Notes: generated by a model not told the origin, from the sequence alone. A stretch of DNA of 64,000 nucleotides from Macrostomum hystrix (GCA_950097015.1 CATNEN010000029.1:8184001-8248000), one strand, 5' to 3'; numbered from the stretch's first letter, positions 1 through 12,466 are shown. Numbers and translations: made by a program.

Positions 1-128
1 TTTCGAACAAAATTTGGCCGCGATTTCGAAGAAAAATACGAATAGGACATGCTACTTTAAACAAACAACAAGTTCTGGTAAGATAGGAATTGAAAGTTGA
101 GCTCTCCATTTTGTGCTCAAACCGTCAG

Positions 129-1980
129 GTGGTAAGCGGCGTGGCCAGTCTGGAGATTTTCTCGGCCAGCGTGCAAGACTCCGGGCGCTACGCTGTGCGC
201 GTCAAGAATGCCAAAGGCGAGGACGAGACGCAGTGCAAGCTGGACGTCTGCGAGAGCCGCGTCAAAATTGGCGGCACAGGTGGCGCCAGCGGCAGCGGCT
301 TCGGCGTCCGCTTCAAGGAGTCGATGAGCGTCGACCGGCTCAGCGAGACTTATTCGCGATCGCAGCGCAGCGGCGCCGGAGGCTCCTCCACCATCATTGA
401 GGAGAAATACAGCCTGCAGTTCGAGTCAACTTCCTCGTCGACAATGTCACGCTCGGAGATGCGCTCGTCCACCAGCACCACCTCCGTGAGCCGCGTGTCC
501 GAGCAGAGCAGCCGACAGAAGGCGGCGACTGCTGAAGCTGTTGACGCCGCCCCGAAGCCACCGACTTGCACGAAGAAGCTGCCCTCAGCGTTGAAGGTCA
601 AGGAGGGCGACCGGGTGGAGCTTAGCTGCGCCTTCGACTCAGCCGCCGGTGCCAGCATCGCCTGGGATCTGGACGGCCGGCCAGTGAAGGCTGAGGACGG
701 CTCGCTGGAAATTCGCACGATCGGTGGCTCTTCTAGTCTGATTCTCCTGGACGCCCTGGCTGAGGACTCCGGTCTGTACACCTGCACCTGCTCGGACGCT
801 GGCGCCTCGGACAAGACTGCCTGCCAGCTGACTGTGGAGGCTCCGACATCGGCCGCTGCTGGCGAATTGAGAATCGTGCGTCATCCGCAGTCGGTGTCAG
901 TGAAAGACGGCGACTCGTTCGAGCTAACTGTGCAAGCAACTGGAGGCGGCGTTGACGCCATCCGGTGGACGATAAATGGTCGGCCAGTATCTGCCGAATT
1001 TAAACAAGTGAGTAGAATCCGTTTGCTTTACTGTATTCGTTAGCTATCATATCAGTTGTATTAGTATTAGTAATAGCAGTTGTTGTTGAAGTAGTAATAG
1101 TGGTAGGCTAAAGGATCCCTAACTACTGCTTATAGTTGTTGTGCCGAATAAGTAGAATCAAAGCCGAATTGTTTAAAACAAATTGCATCGCAGACAGCGG
1201 ACGCATCTGCTGGTCAGTTCTCGTTAAAATCGGCCGAGGCTCTCTACCCAGACGACTCTGGGCAGTACCGCGCCGAGCTGCTGGCATCGGGTGCGGTGGC
1301 CTCCATCGTCCAGTGCTCTGTGCGGGTGACGCCGCCGCCTGACGAGCCAGACGCGCCAGTTGAACTGCTGGACAGCTTCCCGGAGTCGGCGACGATTCAA
1401 GCCGGAGCATCGGTCACAGTGACGTGCCGAGCTCGACTGTCCGGACTGACAGGTGCGTTCAAAGCGGCACTGAAAAGGCACAGACGAGAGACGCTAATAA
1501 AGCTTTATTAACGCCCGAAAAATTCCCGCAGCCACCTGGACCAAGGAGGATTCTGGCCGGTTGATTGACGACGGCAAGCGACTGCATCTGGTGTCGGCAG
1601 GCAGCGAGCACTCGTTGAGCATCTCGGCGGCGTCCGCCACCGACTCTGGACCCTACCGGGTGGAGCTGACGGGCCCAGACGGTGCCAAAGAGCTAGCCTA
1701 CTTCTCACTACAGGTGCGACTTGAACAACTCTCGTATTGTAGCTGTGTTGTGGATTGTAGCTGTGGTGTGGATTGTAGCTGTGGTGTGGATTGTAGCTGT
1801 GGTGTGGATTGTAGCTGTGGTGTGGATTGTAGCTGTGGTGTGGATTGTAGCTGTGGTGTGGATTGTAGCTGTGGTGTGGATTGTAGATGTGGTGTGGATT
1901 GTAGCTGTGGTGTGGATTGTAGCTGTGGTGTGGATTGTAGCATCAGTTAGTTACATCCGATTCATTTTCAGGTTCTGTGA
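129..1980 (+). CDS. C-terminal part of a titin/twitchin/obscurin-type immunoglobulin (I-set) repeat muscle protein; exons 129-1007, 1194-1452, 1532-1713, 1972-1980 (stop TGA)
   Basis: Four I-set Ig domains with D-S-G-x-Y-x-[CV] motifs (DSGRYAV, DSGLYTC, DSGQYRA, DSGPYRV), core Trp (IAWDL, IRWTI, TWTK) and 'RHPQSVSV' starts; canonical GT/AG joins with consistent phase; the gene starts upstream of the window. Confidence 0.8.
1736..1941 (+). repeat. 18-bp minisatellite (GTGGATTGTAGCTGTGGT)n, ~11 copies, in the last intron of the Ig gene
   Basis: Directly visible tandem array between donor 1714 and acceptor 1971. Confidence 0.95.
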
Positions 1981-3007
1981 GAGCGGTCGCGGGGAAGAGA
2001 AGGGGCAGAGGAGCAGCGGTTTTGCAGCCGGTGCCGTTAGCCGAGCCAAACACCGGAACGGACTAATTTAAACAATTTTCCTCACCCAATCATCAGGTCG
2101 CGATTTCGAGACCGTCCCGCTAAAATAAGTCAGGAGAGCAATTGTTCTCAGACAATCATTTTAGAACTAAACAATTCGTGTGTTTGTCTTCCTCTGTGTT
2201 AGAACAAGTCTCATTGTGCCTATCAAAGCTATTCGCCTATAGGCTTTAGATTTCGCTTTGACTATTCTAGGATTGCTTTTGAAGACAAAAAGTTTATTTT
2301 TATCTGCTTTGATTTTGCAATGTTTCTGTTTGCTGCATCACTTCAGTGCTAAGTTAGCGAAGAAGTCAATTAGTTTAAAATCGAATTAGATTAAACGAAC
2401 TGTCGTCCAATCATACTACTGCTAGTAAGCAAAGTGTGGCACTCGCAGCTTCAGCCCAACAATTGAGCCAGATTCGGGTAGAACCCTGTCAGCTTTTCCC
2501 CGCTTTGTTGCTTTGCCTAAAAATCGCTGACTGCCTATTAGCCTGTTACCAGCGTTATTATCAGCGTAGCACTCACAGTTTGTTAAAGTAAGTTACCCCG
2601 ATTCTTTTTTTAACGCGAACCAATTATTTTCGGACCAGCTCCGCTATATTTGATTAATTTGTTTGATTAACTAATTTTCATAACTAATATTCTGTCTAAC
2701 AATCCTAAAGTTTAGGAGTAAAATAATTTTGCTTAAATTTGATGCAGTCTCATTTTGTTACAACTGGACTTAATATCCGAGCTGTCCTCTCTTTCTCTTC
2801 CTCTCTCGCCGCCTCTCCCATCCACCCTGTTAGCACTGTTCCTATTAAACCAATTATAATAAATACTATCAATTTAAATACCGTGCACTATTTCACTCCA
2901 AAAATGTACTTTCCGCATGTCTATACTTTCAAGGCGTATAGTTGATCCATTGTATTTGGTATAGTAGGGGCAAATAGATGGAGCCACTCGGAGATTCGAA
3001 ATGATTG

Positions 3008-3580
3008 GTAGGATATTAGATGTGGTGGGAGATTAGATGTGGTGGGAGATAAGATATGGTGGGAGATTATCAATGTTAGGAAATTAGATATGGTGGGAGA
3101 TTATCAATGTTAGGAAATTAGATATGGTAGGAAATTAGATATGGTAGGAGATTAGATATGGTAGGAAATTAGATATGGTAGGAGATTAGATATGGTAGGA
3201 GATTATCAATGTTAGGAAATTAGATATGGTAGGAAATTAGATATGGTAGGAAATTAGATATGGTAGGAAATTAGATATGGTAGGAGATTAGATATGGTAG
3301 GAGATTATCAATGCTAGGAAATTAGATATGGTAGGAAATTAGATATGGTAGGAGATTAGATATGGTAGGATATTAGATATGGTAGGAAATTAGATATGGT
3401 AGGAGATTATCAATGCTAGGAAATTAGATATGGTAGGAAATTAGATATGGTAGGAAATTAGATATGGTAGGAAATTAGATATGGTAGGAGATTAGATATG
3501 GTAGTAGACTAGATGTGGTAGGAGATAGGATATGGTAGCAGATTAGATATGGTAGCAGATTAGATGTGGTGGCAGATAAG
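3008..3580 (+). repeat. 17-bp minisatellite (GATATGGTAGGAAATTA)n with interspersed TCAATG(T/C)TAGG variant units
   Basis: Directly visible tandem array. Confidence 0.93.
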
Positions 3581-4139
3581 ATTTGGTTGGTTGAGTTCGA
3601 GTGCACAGTCGGGTTAGACGGGTAGGGAGGGAATGGAATCAAGGCTCCTCCCTGACCTCCCAGCCAGCCAATCAGAGCAGGCCGTAGGGTGTCTGGCAGT
3701 CTACCGATTTGTGCTTGTAACAGCCTCGATCGCTAGGGGCAGAGCAATTGCAGTTAAGAAAGTGAGTAATGGAATAATTAATGCCTCACTGGCTGGTGCT
3801 ATTTTCTTATCCATGGCGCGCCTGCTTTCTCTGGCGCCCATAAAAAATAATCGCTTGCTTTTTTCTGCACGAGGAATTGGCAACCAAGATTCCTAGTAAT
3901 CTTGCAAGAAATCTCCATACGAAAAAACGAAGGCAGAAAGCTTAATAAATCTCAAAACTAAAAGTGTCCTGCTAGTAATTCTTTCTACAAAGAAGACAGC
4001 CTGACCACAGAGAGTACTTTAACAAAAAATTGGTAAATCGAAATCTAGGACATTATAAGGTAAGATCTAACATGCTAACTTTACTTTTAGTGAGTAAGAG
4101 TGTATGCTAACTACGAGCGTATCGGTTATATTTGAAAAC

Positions 4140-4445
4140 AATGCTGCAGCGCAATAGTCTATGGGCCTCTCGCACCAGGTTCCCTGATCTCGATTCCGCG
4201 TCGAGGCCACAATTGTTTTGGGCGCAGCCGCGGAGAGAAGGCTTAGGGGCTTGTCGTGCAAATTTACGTCCCTGAGGGCCAAACCTTCAAGGCACAGTGA
4301 AGTGTACACTGCCTGACGATGATAAATTCAAGGCAGATGTACACACCTGTGTGAGCGTGTGCCTGCGTACGGTATCTCTGCTCTGCATGAGTCAGCGAAA
4401 TGGGCAGAATTGCCTCCTCGCTGGCTGCGGGTCTAGTGTCACCAA
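4140..4445 (+). mobile_element. tRNA-headed SINE-like dispersed repeat, family A copy 1
   Basis: Near-identical reverse-complement copy at 6203-6480 and diverged copies at ~14375-14490, ~14733-14880, ~20430-20770, ~57880-57960; the 5' head has degenerate A-box and B-box (CTCGATTCC) motifs; central hairpin at 4302-4344. Confidence 0.7.
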
Positions 4446-4561
4446 ATGGTGTGCCATTGCCCGCAGCCCTCCAGCAGGCTGCAATTAATTGTCAATCATT
4501 GCAATTTATAAATAGAATTGCTACTTTGGCATTCTTCCTCCGAATAATCGAAGCATTGCAG

Positions 4562-5048
4562 ACTGGATCTGCAGCAACAGCCGCAGCAGCCGGACGCGCG
4601 GCCCAGCCTCTTACCGGTACGTTTTCGAGCCGCAGCCGCTGCGGTGGCCAGCGGGCGCGCCAACACCAACCGGACAACCAACTTTGTGGTCTCGGCGGTG
4701 ACGGCGCTCTGCTTCAACTGCCTGCTAGGCGGCGCCGCGGTGGCCCTGTCGATGCGGTCGCACAGCCTGCTGGCCAGGGCGGATCGGCACGACGCCGAAG
4801 GTGAGACAGCGATAGCCGACGCAGCCAGACGTGAAGCCGTTGCCTACGGACGTCTAGCCGGCGCACTGAGCTGCCTGGGGGTGCTCAGCACAATGCTCGG
4901 CCTATTCTACCTGTTTAGCGAGCCCAATGTCAGCCGGCTGGCTGCCTTCCTCGCCAGCTTGGATCTGGAGGGCCGGCACAGACACGGCGGCGCAGCGGCA
5001 ACCTTCGCAGGCCGAAGCAGCCTGGAGAAGTTTAGCAGGCAGCAATGA
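4562..5048 (+). CDS. CD225/dispanin (IFITM/PRRT-like) small membrane protein, 3' exon(s); 5' end not identified
   Basis: Open frame 4562-5048 with NFVVSAVTALCFNCLLGGAAVALSMRS...AVAYGRLAGALSCLGVLSTMLGLFYLF: two hydrophobic segments with the spacing and Cys position I recall for CD225; acceptor TTGCAG at 4561; possible in-frame 36-nt intron 4801-4836. Confidence 0.5.
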
Positions 5049-6202
5049 GTCACCCGGAAGCTGTGAGCGCAGATTCTCAGTCGGCACAGGCGATGATTTT
5101 TTATACGCGTCTCAAAAGCTATAATACTGTTAGCGCACTACTATGAGTAGAGCAAAACTGACGTTATTTTCGATAACAGTTTTTGAATGTAAAAGGTCCT
5201 AAAGGTCTTTAGTTTATGGTTTTTTGTCAACTTTTCTTTCCAAGACAAACTGGGCCCCGAGCAAGGACAACTTATTCACTTAATTTCCTCAGCCTGTCGA
5301 CTGGTACGCACTGCAATATCCAAGCACGCATCTTAGTGTTTCGTTTCGACCCTATTTGATGGAGTGCAAATACGCTCGAATATTTGAATTAAAGCAGTAG
5401 AACTTCACAAACCTTGTGTTTGAACGAGGCAAGACTGCGGGACTCCGTCGAAAACTGATGGTGGATGTCGTTGTTTTGTCTATGGCCGTAACCAAATGGT
5501 TACGGCCATAGATGGCACTGATGGTACTTGTGTGGCCAAAGCAAAAATTTGAGTCCAAAGAAAATAAAAAACGAAAAAGGCACGAATATGAAGTTAACGG
5601 ACCGGAGTCGCGGCGCAGTTTAAAAACTAATCTCAATGACAAGCTGTATTTGTCAGCGAAATTCGCAATAATAGCCAGCCAAGTATTACTTGCAAATATG
5701 ATACAACTTCTGCGTACATACACACATACACAAGGTGTTTCAATAAAATGTAGTTTTTAAACGATTTTGTTCATATAGCGCAATCAATAACGCAAATCAA
5801 TGTGAAGATAACTTTTCAACAAAAAGATCAGCTCTAATAAAATAAGAAGCGTTTGTCACTCATTTTAGAACTCCTAGTCATCTGTGCGGATGCAATGATA
5901 AGTCTAATTGCAGCATGCAACAAAAGAAAAACATGCATAAAGTTGACAATTAAGAATATTGCAGTCGGAAGAATAACTTGTGAATTTAAATTATCATTTT
6001 TACAACAAAAAAGCTTCTATTTTGGGATTCAAAGTTGACAAAATACGACCCAAGCCAGGAGAAGCTTTGGGCAACAGATGCATAGAACACAAAGAGACGG
6101 GGAAAGGCGGAATGCGCGGACAGAAAGTCAGAGGGGAGAAAGGCAAAGAAAGGGAGAAAGGCAGAGGGGAGAGAGATGGGATAATAGTAATAATAATAAT
6201 GG

Positions 6203-6480
6203 CACTAGACCCGCAGCCAGCGAGGAGGCAATTCTGCCCATTTCGCTGACTCCTGAGCACACGCAAGCAGATACCGTACGCAGGCACACGCTCACACAGG
6301 TGTGTACATCTGCCTTGACATTCGCATTGTCAGGCAGTGTACACTCTCACTGTGCCTTGGAGGTTGGCCCTCAAGGTCGTAAATTGCACAACAAGCCCCC
6401 AAAGAATGTGGCCTCACCGCGGAATCGAGCTCAGTGACATTGGTGCAAGAGGTGCGTTAACCGCATTGCCACTCACCCCC
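6203..6480 (-). mobile_element. SINE-like family A copy 2 (inverted relative to copy 1)
   Basis: Reverse complement of 4155-4440, including the GTGTACAC..TGTACAC hairpin and the GAATTGCCTCCTCGCTGGCTGCGGGTCTAGTG tail. Confidence 0.8.
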
Positions 6481-7598
6481 GAGAAATAGGGGAGAAAGGC
6501 GGAGGGGAGATACAAAGGCTAAAGGAAGTGGAAATTAGTGATATAGAGTCATTAGTAGACATTATTCCGAAATGACTCAGAACTTCCTGAAATCAGGAAG
6601 GATAGCCCAAATCCACGGAGTCATGATCTGTCCGGGCAGAATCGAAACACCAGCAGCATTTTAACATTCCCGAGGCAAAGAAAATAAAAAAGAGTATCAT
6701 ACAAATATTAGAAAAAGGGAGACAACAAAAAAGCCGAACACCAATGCGTGTGCTGTAAGCAAGATTTAAACTGTCAAAGCAAGCAAAGCTTAAAGCTGAA
6801 CTGAGCATATTCTTAGAAGAAAATAGAAGAAAAAGTTAGATTCTGAAAAATAAGCGAGCAATAAATGAGATTAAGACTCAAGAGTCGTCAAAAAAAGCAG
6901 ATATTTACAGAAACACAACGGGTAAGTTCGTTTATAACAATCGAATACTAGACATTAAATAATGCAACAACGAGATTATTGTTAAAGACAAACAAAAGAA
7001 TGATGCGATTATGTAAAAGAAAAGCCAGATAAGAGAGTCTAAGAGAGTATATAAATAAATTATAAATATACTTTACCGGTTCATGAGAATCTAGCAGCGG
7101 CTATTGCATAGAACAAAAAATAGTTGACAGCTTCAATGAACGATAAGGTGGATAAAAGCTACCTTAAGATAAGATAAGACAATAAAAAGGCAAAACACTA
7201 AACAATAACTAATAGCAGATTGAAAGCGATAGAGACAATTTAAAAAGCGCGAGAAGCAGCAAGAAAATCCCCCCTTTGTGTGCCTGTCCGATTCACAATT
7301 GCACGTCGCACTAGGTTATTATAAGATGACGAAGGCATTAACATATACATAGTTACTCCCGCCGTTTACCCAAGGTTTTGTAGGAATTTTTTAGATTTGC
7401 ACCAAATTATTGGCTTAACACGCATAAAATAAGGCTCAAAATTTGCCAATTTACGAAATCTATAGTTTTTGTACCATTGTGAACATTTAAACTTCGAAAG
7501 TCAATGCTAATTAGATGACGAAGCTTTTGACAATTGAATTGCAGTTATAGTTACTCTGGCCGTTTATCAGAGCAGCTAATAAAAGTGCTCAAGCGTGC

Positions 7599-9626
7599 TC
7601 AAACTAACTCGTCGCTGCAGTAGTCGCTGGATCGCCTGGGCGGTCGGGCTTTGGCCAGCGCCCTAGCCCTGCTCAGCTCCTCCTCTGAGGCCGACTGAAT
7701 TAAAAACGTCCGATTGAAGGAGCGCCAACGTCTGCACAGGCCGAAATAGGTGCGGCACTGTACGTACATGAACACTGTGCCGCCAGTGAAACCGATAGCA
7801 ACTACAACCAGTTTGGTCCAGAATGGCCACTCCAGCTTGCCCGAGTTAATCTCGGCGCTGGTCTTCTCTATCAGGACGTACAGGGACCAGATTACGCAGG
7901 TAAGGGCGATTATGTGAAATGAGACGCTGCAGATTATCTTGCGCCGCTCCAGAGAGCTCATGTCCAGTTTGCGCCACTGTGGATGTTAGAGCACAGCGAT
8001 TGCTTGGTTTGGTTTGTTGAAGACGAGATAAGCCTATTGGCTGATAGATATGCATCGAAAGAAGTTGCTGATTGACAGATTAATCTGATTGGATAATCTA
8101 ATAAACTGATTTGCTAATCGGTGAAAGTTACAGGTGATTGGTTGATAGGAGAAACAAGCTGATTTGCTGATAGGAGAAAGAAGCTGATTGGTTGATAGGA
8201 AAAAGAAGCTGATTGGTTGATAGGAGACAAAAGCTTATTGATTGATAAGAGGCAAAAGCTTATTGATTGATTGGATAAAGAAGCTGATTGTTTGATAGGA
8301 GAAAGAAGCTGATTGGTTGATAGGAGAAAGAAGCTGATTGGTTGATAGGAGAGAGAAGCTGATCGATTGACACGAGAAAAAGCTGCCGATTGACTGATAG
8401 GTGAGAGACAGCAGACAATAACGAAACTCACCTCGCTAATAGGCTTAGTAGTGACTCGCATAACAAAGCCAAACTTGCAGAGCTCGCACACTTTAATGTC
8501 TTGCGACTTGACCCAATGCTGCAGGCAGTCTCTGTGCACATATTTTAAACTTCCGGAGCACAGGCACGGTGAAATTAGAGGATTGTCGCCAGAGGGATCA
8601 TTGTCCGGGCAGTGACAGATTCGGCAGATGTCTGCCTGAGACTCGGCAGTGTCCGGCGAGTCAGTCGAGTGAATCTGATGCGAATGCTGAGCCGGCAGCG
8701 GCTGTGAATCAGGTAAAGGATAAAAACTCAAATATCCCAATGGTAGATTGTGTAAGCTTCATGAAATAGCCTTTGTTACAATTGCTTGCCTTGCACGAAT
8801 CAGTTGACGCCATGAAATTCAGCAAGATAAAAGTGTAATACGTTACACACACCAATTCGAAGATGCAGCAATAGCGCCTTGCAACAATACAGTACATCAG
8901 TAATATAAATAGCCCAGACTAGTACAGACAAACGGGAAAAGTGCTTACTACTATGCACGAGAGAGTGCTAAACTCCGGTACTTAGGCAGCTCGAGAAAGG
9001 CACCAAAAGTGACCCAGTTTTAGGAGAAGGAATAGTTGGAAATGCAAAAAAGCATATCAGAGAGACGGCTCATTGCTCATTGCTAAATCATTCAGGTAGA
9101 ACGAAAATATATAGAATTATAGCATTTGACACGATTTACACGGCATCGTGTCTAATGTCTAATATAATACGGCATCGATTTGAAAACTTACAGCACAACA
9201 ATCTGTGCCCTGACTGCGCAGATGACTGCTGAGACCGACGCCACAGCTGCCAGACGACACTAGCTGCTGCTGCTGTTGCTGAAATTCCGGCTGCTTCGTC
9301 CGGCACTGCCACACCACCTGCTGGCAACCATCGTGTTTGACGCCAACGCAGCCAGAGGCTGAGCTATAGCTGGCATCGCCGCCACAGGCGTCCAACAGAT
9401 CCGAAGTGCTGGTAGCGGCCTGCTGACTGCTTGGCAGCACAGTGGATGTGGCTCGCTCCTCTCTGGCAGCAGCTGTAGTGAGAAAACTGGCAGCGTGATC
9501 CACCGCAGTTTGACAGTGCAGGCTGCCAATAGCGGGTGTGGGTTTCAGGGCTTCGCAGCTTTGGGCGGAGCGCAACCCACTGGCTTGGTGTAGCTGGTGC
9601 TGCATTCTGTCAGTGTTTGACGGCAA
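7599..9626 (-). CDS. MARCHF8: Membrane-associated RING-CH E3 ubiquitin ligase, MARCH1/MARCH8 type; exons 9626(or 9605)-9192, 8701-8432, 7976-7599
   Basis: C4HC3 RING-CH CRICHC...[24 protein letters not shown]...CELCK, followed by [36 protein letters not shown] and [18 protein letters not shown] (two TM helices), as in MARCH1/8; phase-0 splice joins are consistent. Confidence 0.9.
8135..8400 (+). repeat. ~25-bp degenerate tandem repeat (GATTGGTTGATAGGAGAAAGAAGCT) in MARCH intron 2
   Basis: About 10 imperfect copies visible. Confidence 0.85.
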
Positions 9627-11345
9627 TGATGCTAGCTAAGAATAGGCATGCAAACAAAGCACAGCTGGCCTGGTTGGCTGAAGTAGGGGATGATAGATAC
9701 AAAAGGGTAAATAATACCTCAAATTGTGTAAAATTTTGAACATAATATATAGAGCAGCACTAAAAATAATGGATCTTTGCTTTTTATACACACTGCTCAA
9801 GTTCATAATTTAGCAATAAGCGTACCAAAGCATCCATGTAGAGCCACACTTCTACTACTAGAATTGTACAACTAATGATAGACCTAGCTATTATCTAATG
9901 CTGGTGCGTGAAAAGAAAGTGGCCATGTTGCCTTGCTACAACAAGTTTGCCTACCTTAGCAATCTAGTGACAAGAATTATGGACAACACTGGCCAAGGGC
10001 ACATCCCCACTACCCCACTATTTGAATATCCTGCAAGATCCTTAATTTTAACTAATTTAGTCATAGACTCAAAATGGTTATTTTATAGGAGCAGCCCTAG
10101 TATTGGCACTTCCTTACAAAAGCTAGTTTAAATTGTCACACATAATTTAGATAATTGTAGTTACTTAGCTAATATTTCCACTGATTATTGTTATGGTGGA
10201 ATGTTGTCTTTGTTTTTTATTGTTAATCACCTAGCTGCAATTGTGAATTTCTTTGTCTGCCAATATACTTTTTGGTAGAGTGCAGTGCCAACATTATTCA
10301 ACAGTCTACTTTACTTTATTCACCATCTGTCACCTCATTCTAAACTTATCTGGTTCTTAACCTCTGCCCTTGATCTCATGTTTTATATTGCTTTCTCAAT
10401 GGTCCACCTCTTGCCATCTAGCCTCTTTCTCTTAAAATTTATAAAATCATTTTTAATGGTTGATTAATAGGCCTAGTTTACTTTGCACTCACATACTTTT
10501 AAGATATTTATGTAGGCCTACCTTATAAATATTTCAAGTAATAGTAATACTAATATAATATTATTTAAATATTATAGTTTAATATTTTATTTCAATACTA
10601 ATTAATACTAATAAATAGGCCTAAGCCCTAGTCCGTAACCCTAATATTTTTTATTTCATGTTTTTTGTGTTGGAGTCTAACGATGGAATGCTAATAATGG
10701 ATTTAGGCCTATGGATTGATTAAATTTACTACATCATGCCTTACTGAATCAAGTTTTTAGCAAACAATTCAAAAACGTTATATATTAAATTAAGCCTAGG
10801 TCTAGGCCTATCTAAATTAAATTCGAAAAATTCTGAATTTCTGGGTAGGGCCTAAAACATTGAGAAACTCTACATATCTACTTTGAATTTATTGAAGCAA
10901 ATTAAAAACATTTATTATATTATAGTACCTATTGTTCTGAACAACATGACTACCTACAATCAATCTATAATGAAGTAGGGCCTAGGCCTAGCACAAAAAT
11001 CTGATAGGCCCCTAATGTTAATGGGTGTAATAACACTCTAGATCAGGGCAGTCAATTTGAGTCAACAAACAAAAAAAGTAATTTTGATCAGCTGAAAACA
11101 TTGTATCGTTTAGGTACAATTATCTTGTCACTTAGTAAAAACGGCATCAATTTTGAAGGACTTAGGCATTTCTAAAGGCTTCGGTTGCCTGTCGTGAAAC
11201 TCATATTTGTTTTACTGATTTTTTTCATAACGAAATGGTTTTACTGTTGGCAGTGGGTAGGGATTAGATTAATCTGGCAGTGGGTGTCAGATTAGGGATC
11301 CAGCAGTTTTTTTCTAAAAAAAAGTTTTGTAGCTTTAGTTGATAA

Positions 11346-11420
11346 GGATGGTTTGCTCAGTCGGTAGAGCATGAGACTCCTAATTCCAGGGTCCTGCAGG
11401 GATCGAGCCCTACATGTACA
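11346..11420 (+). pseudogene. tRNA-Lys(CTT)-derived pseudogene or SINE head; the anticodon now reads CCT
   Basis: GCTCAGTCGGTAGAGCATGAGACTCCTAATTCCAGGGTC...GATCGAGCCC follows the eukaryotic tRNA-Lys(CTT) sequence; acceptor and anticodon stems are mispaired and the T-arm has an insertion; T6 run follows. Confidence 0.65.
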
Positions 11421-12466
11421 TTTTTTGCGGAAATCCGCCGAGATAAGTTTAACTTCTTTAAGTCAGGATTTATTTATCTTAAAACTGAGTCAAACCGATG
11501 CGTAGGTATTTCCCACAGTTTAATTATTTTAAACATGCAAAAGAGTTTTCTTTAGTCGATAAGTTTAAAAATTGTATGTCGACCACACAGCTTTCTGTGT
11601 TCTCTGGTGCCGACATCATGCATGCATACTTATGTTAATAGACACTTTTAAAATACTTTCTTTGTACCGTTATACCGAGACTGCTTGCAGTTTCTTCTTA
11701 AAGAACCAGAAGCTTTCATCTCAATTCGTGTATAGTATAGGTGCAGTAAATACATTCTGCCGGAACTCTAGCCGATTAACATTTGGGTCCGGTGCCGGAT
11801 CTCTAGCCACTGCCTTAACGGTTCGCAGTTCGCGACAATGTTTTTTTATCAACCTGTTGGTTTTAAGTCTAGTAAAAATTAAGTTAGCTAACTACAAAGG
11901 TGCCTGCGATGAACAGCTTTATTTTTACTGCCACTGGGACTAACCAGCTGTGCCCTTGGCAGAATTTTGCACTATAGAGAAGCTACATGTATTGTTTTAT
12001 GTTATCTGATATTTACCATGAGTACAATATATTTTACTCGTAGATAACCTTTATTTGCATTGCGTGTTTTATTTGTAGTGGGCTTAATATAATACTAATA
12101 AAAAAGACAAAATCGTAATTAGCAAGCGCAAGGCGCTAGAACAAGAACTGTTCTTAAAACTTAAATTTATCTCTGTAAGCTAGATAGATGGACCGTACTA
12201 ATTACCTAAATACAACCATTGTTCGCTTCTCCATGGAGATACAAAAGAAAAATGACTAAAACTGTAACTATTTCATTTCATATCCGAACTGTTTGTATTG
12301 AGATAGACGTTCACAAAACAGAGTAATTTAGGAGGAGACGTGCTACAATACTTTATTTCAAATAGATCTGTTAGCTTTTATGGCGTCTGATTCAATAAAA
12401 TATATGTAATAGAGGAAATGCATTTGACAAGACAGTTGCACTATGCAAAATACGAAAAATGGATGC

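Noticed and set aside
4302-4344. Hammerhead ribozyme or SECIS reading of the SINE hairpin (CTGAYGA...GAAA in some copies)
   Set aside because: No proper stem II or stem III/cleavage triplet, the CUGANGA and GAAA cores are not kept in all copies, and SECIS geometry is not met.
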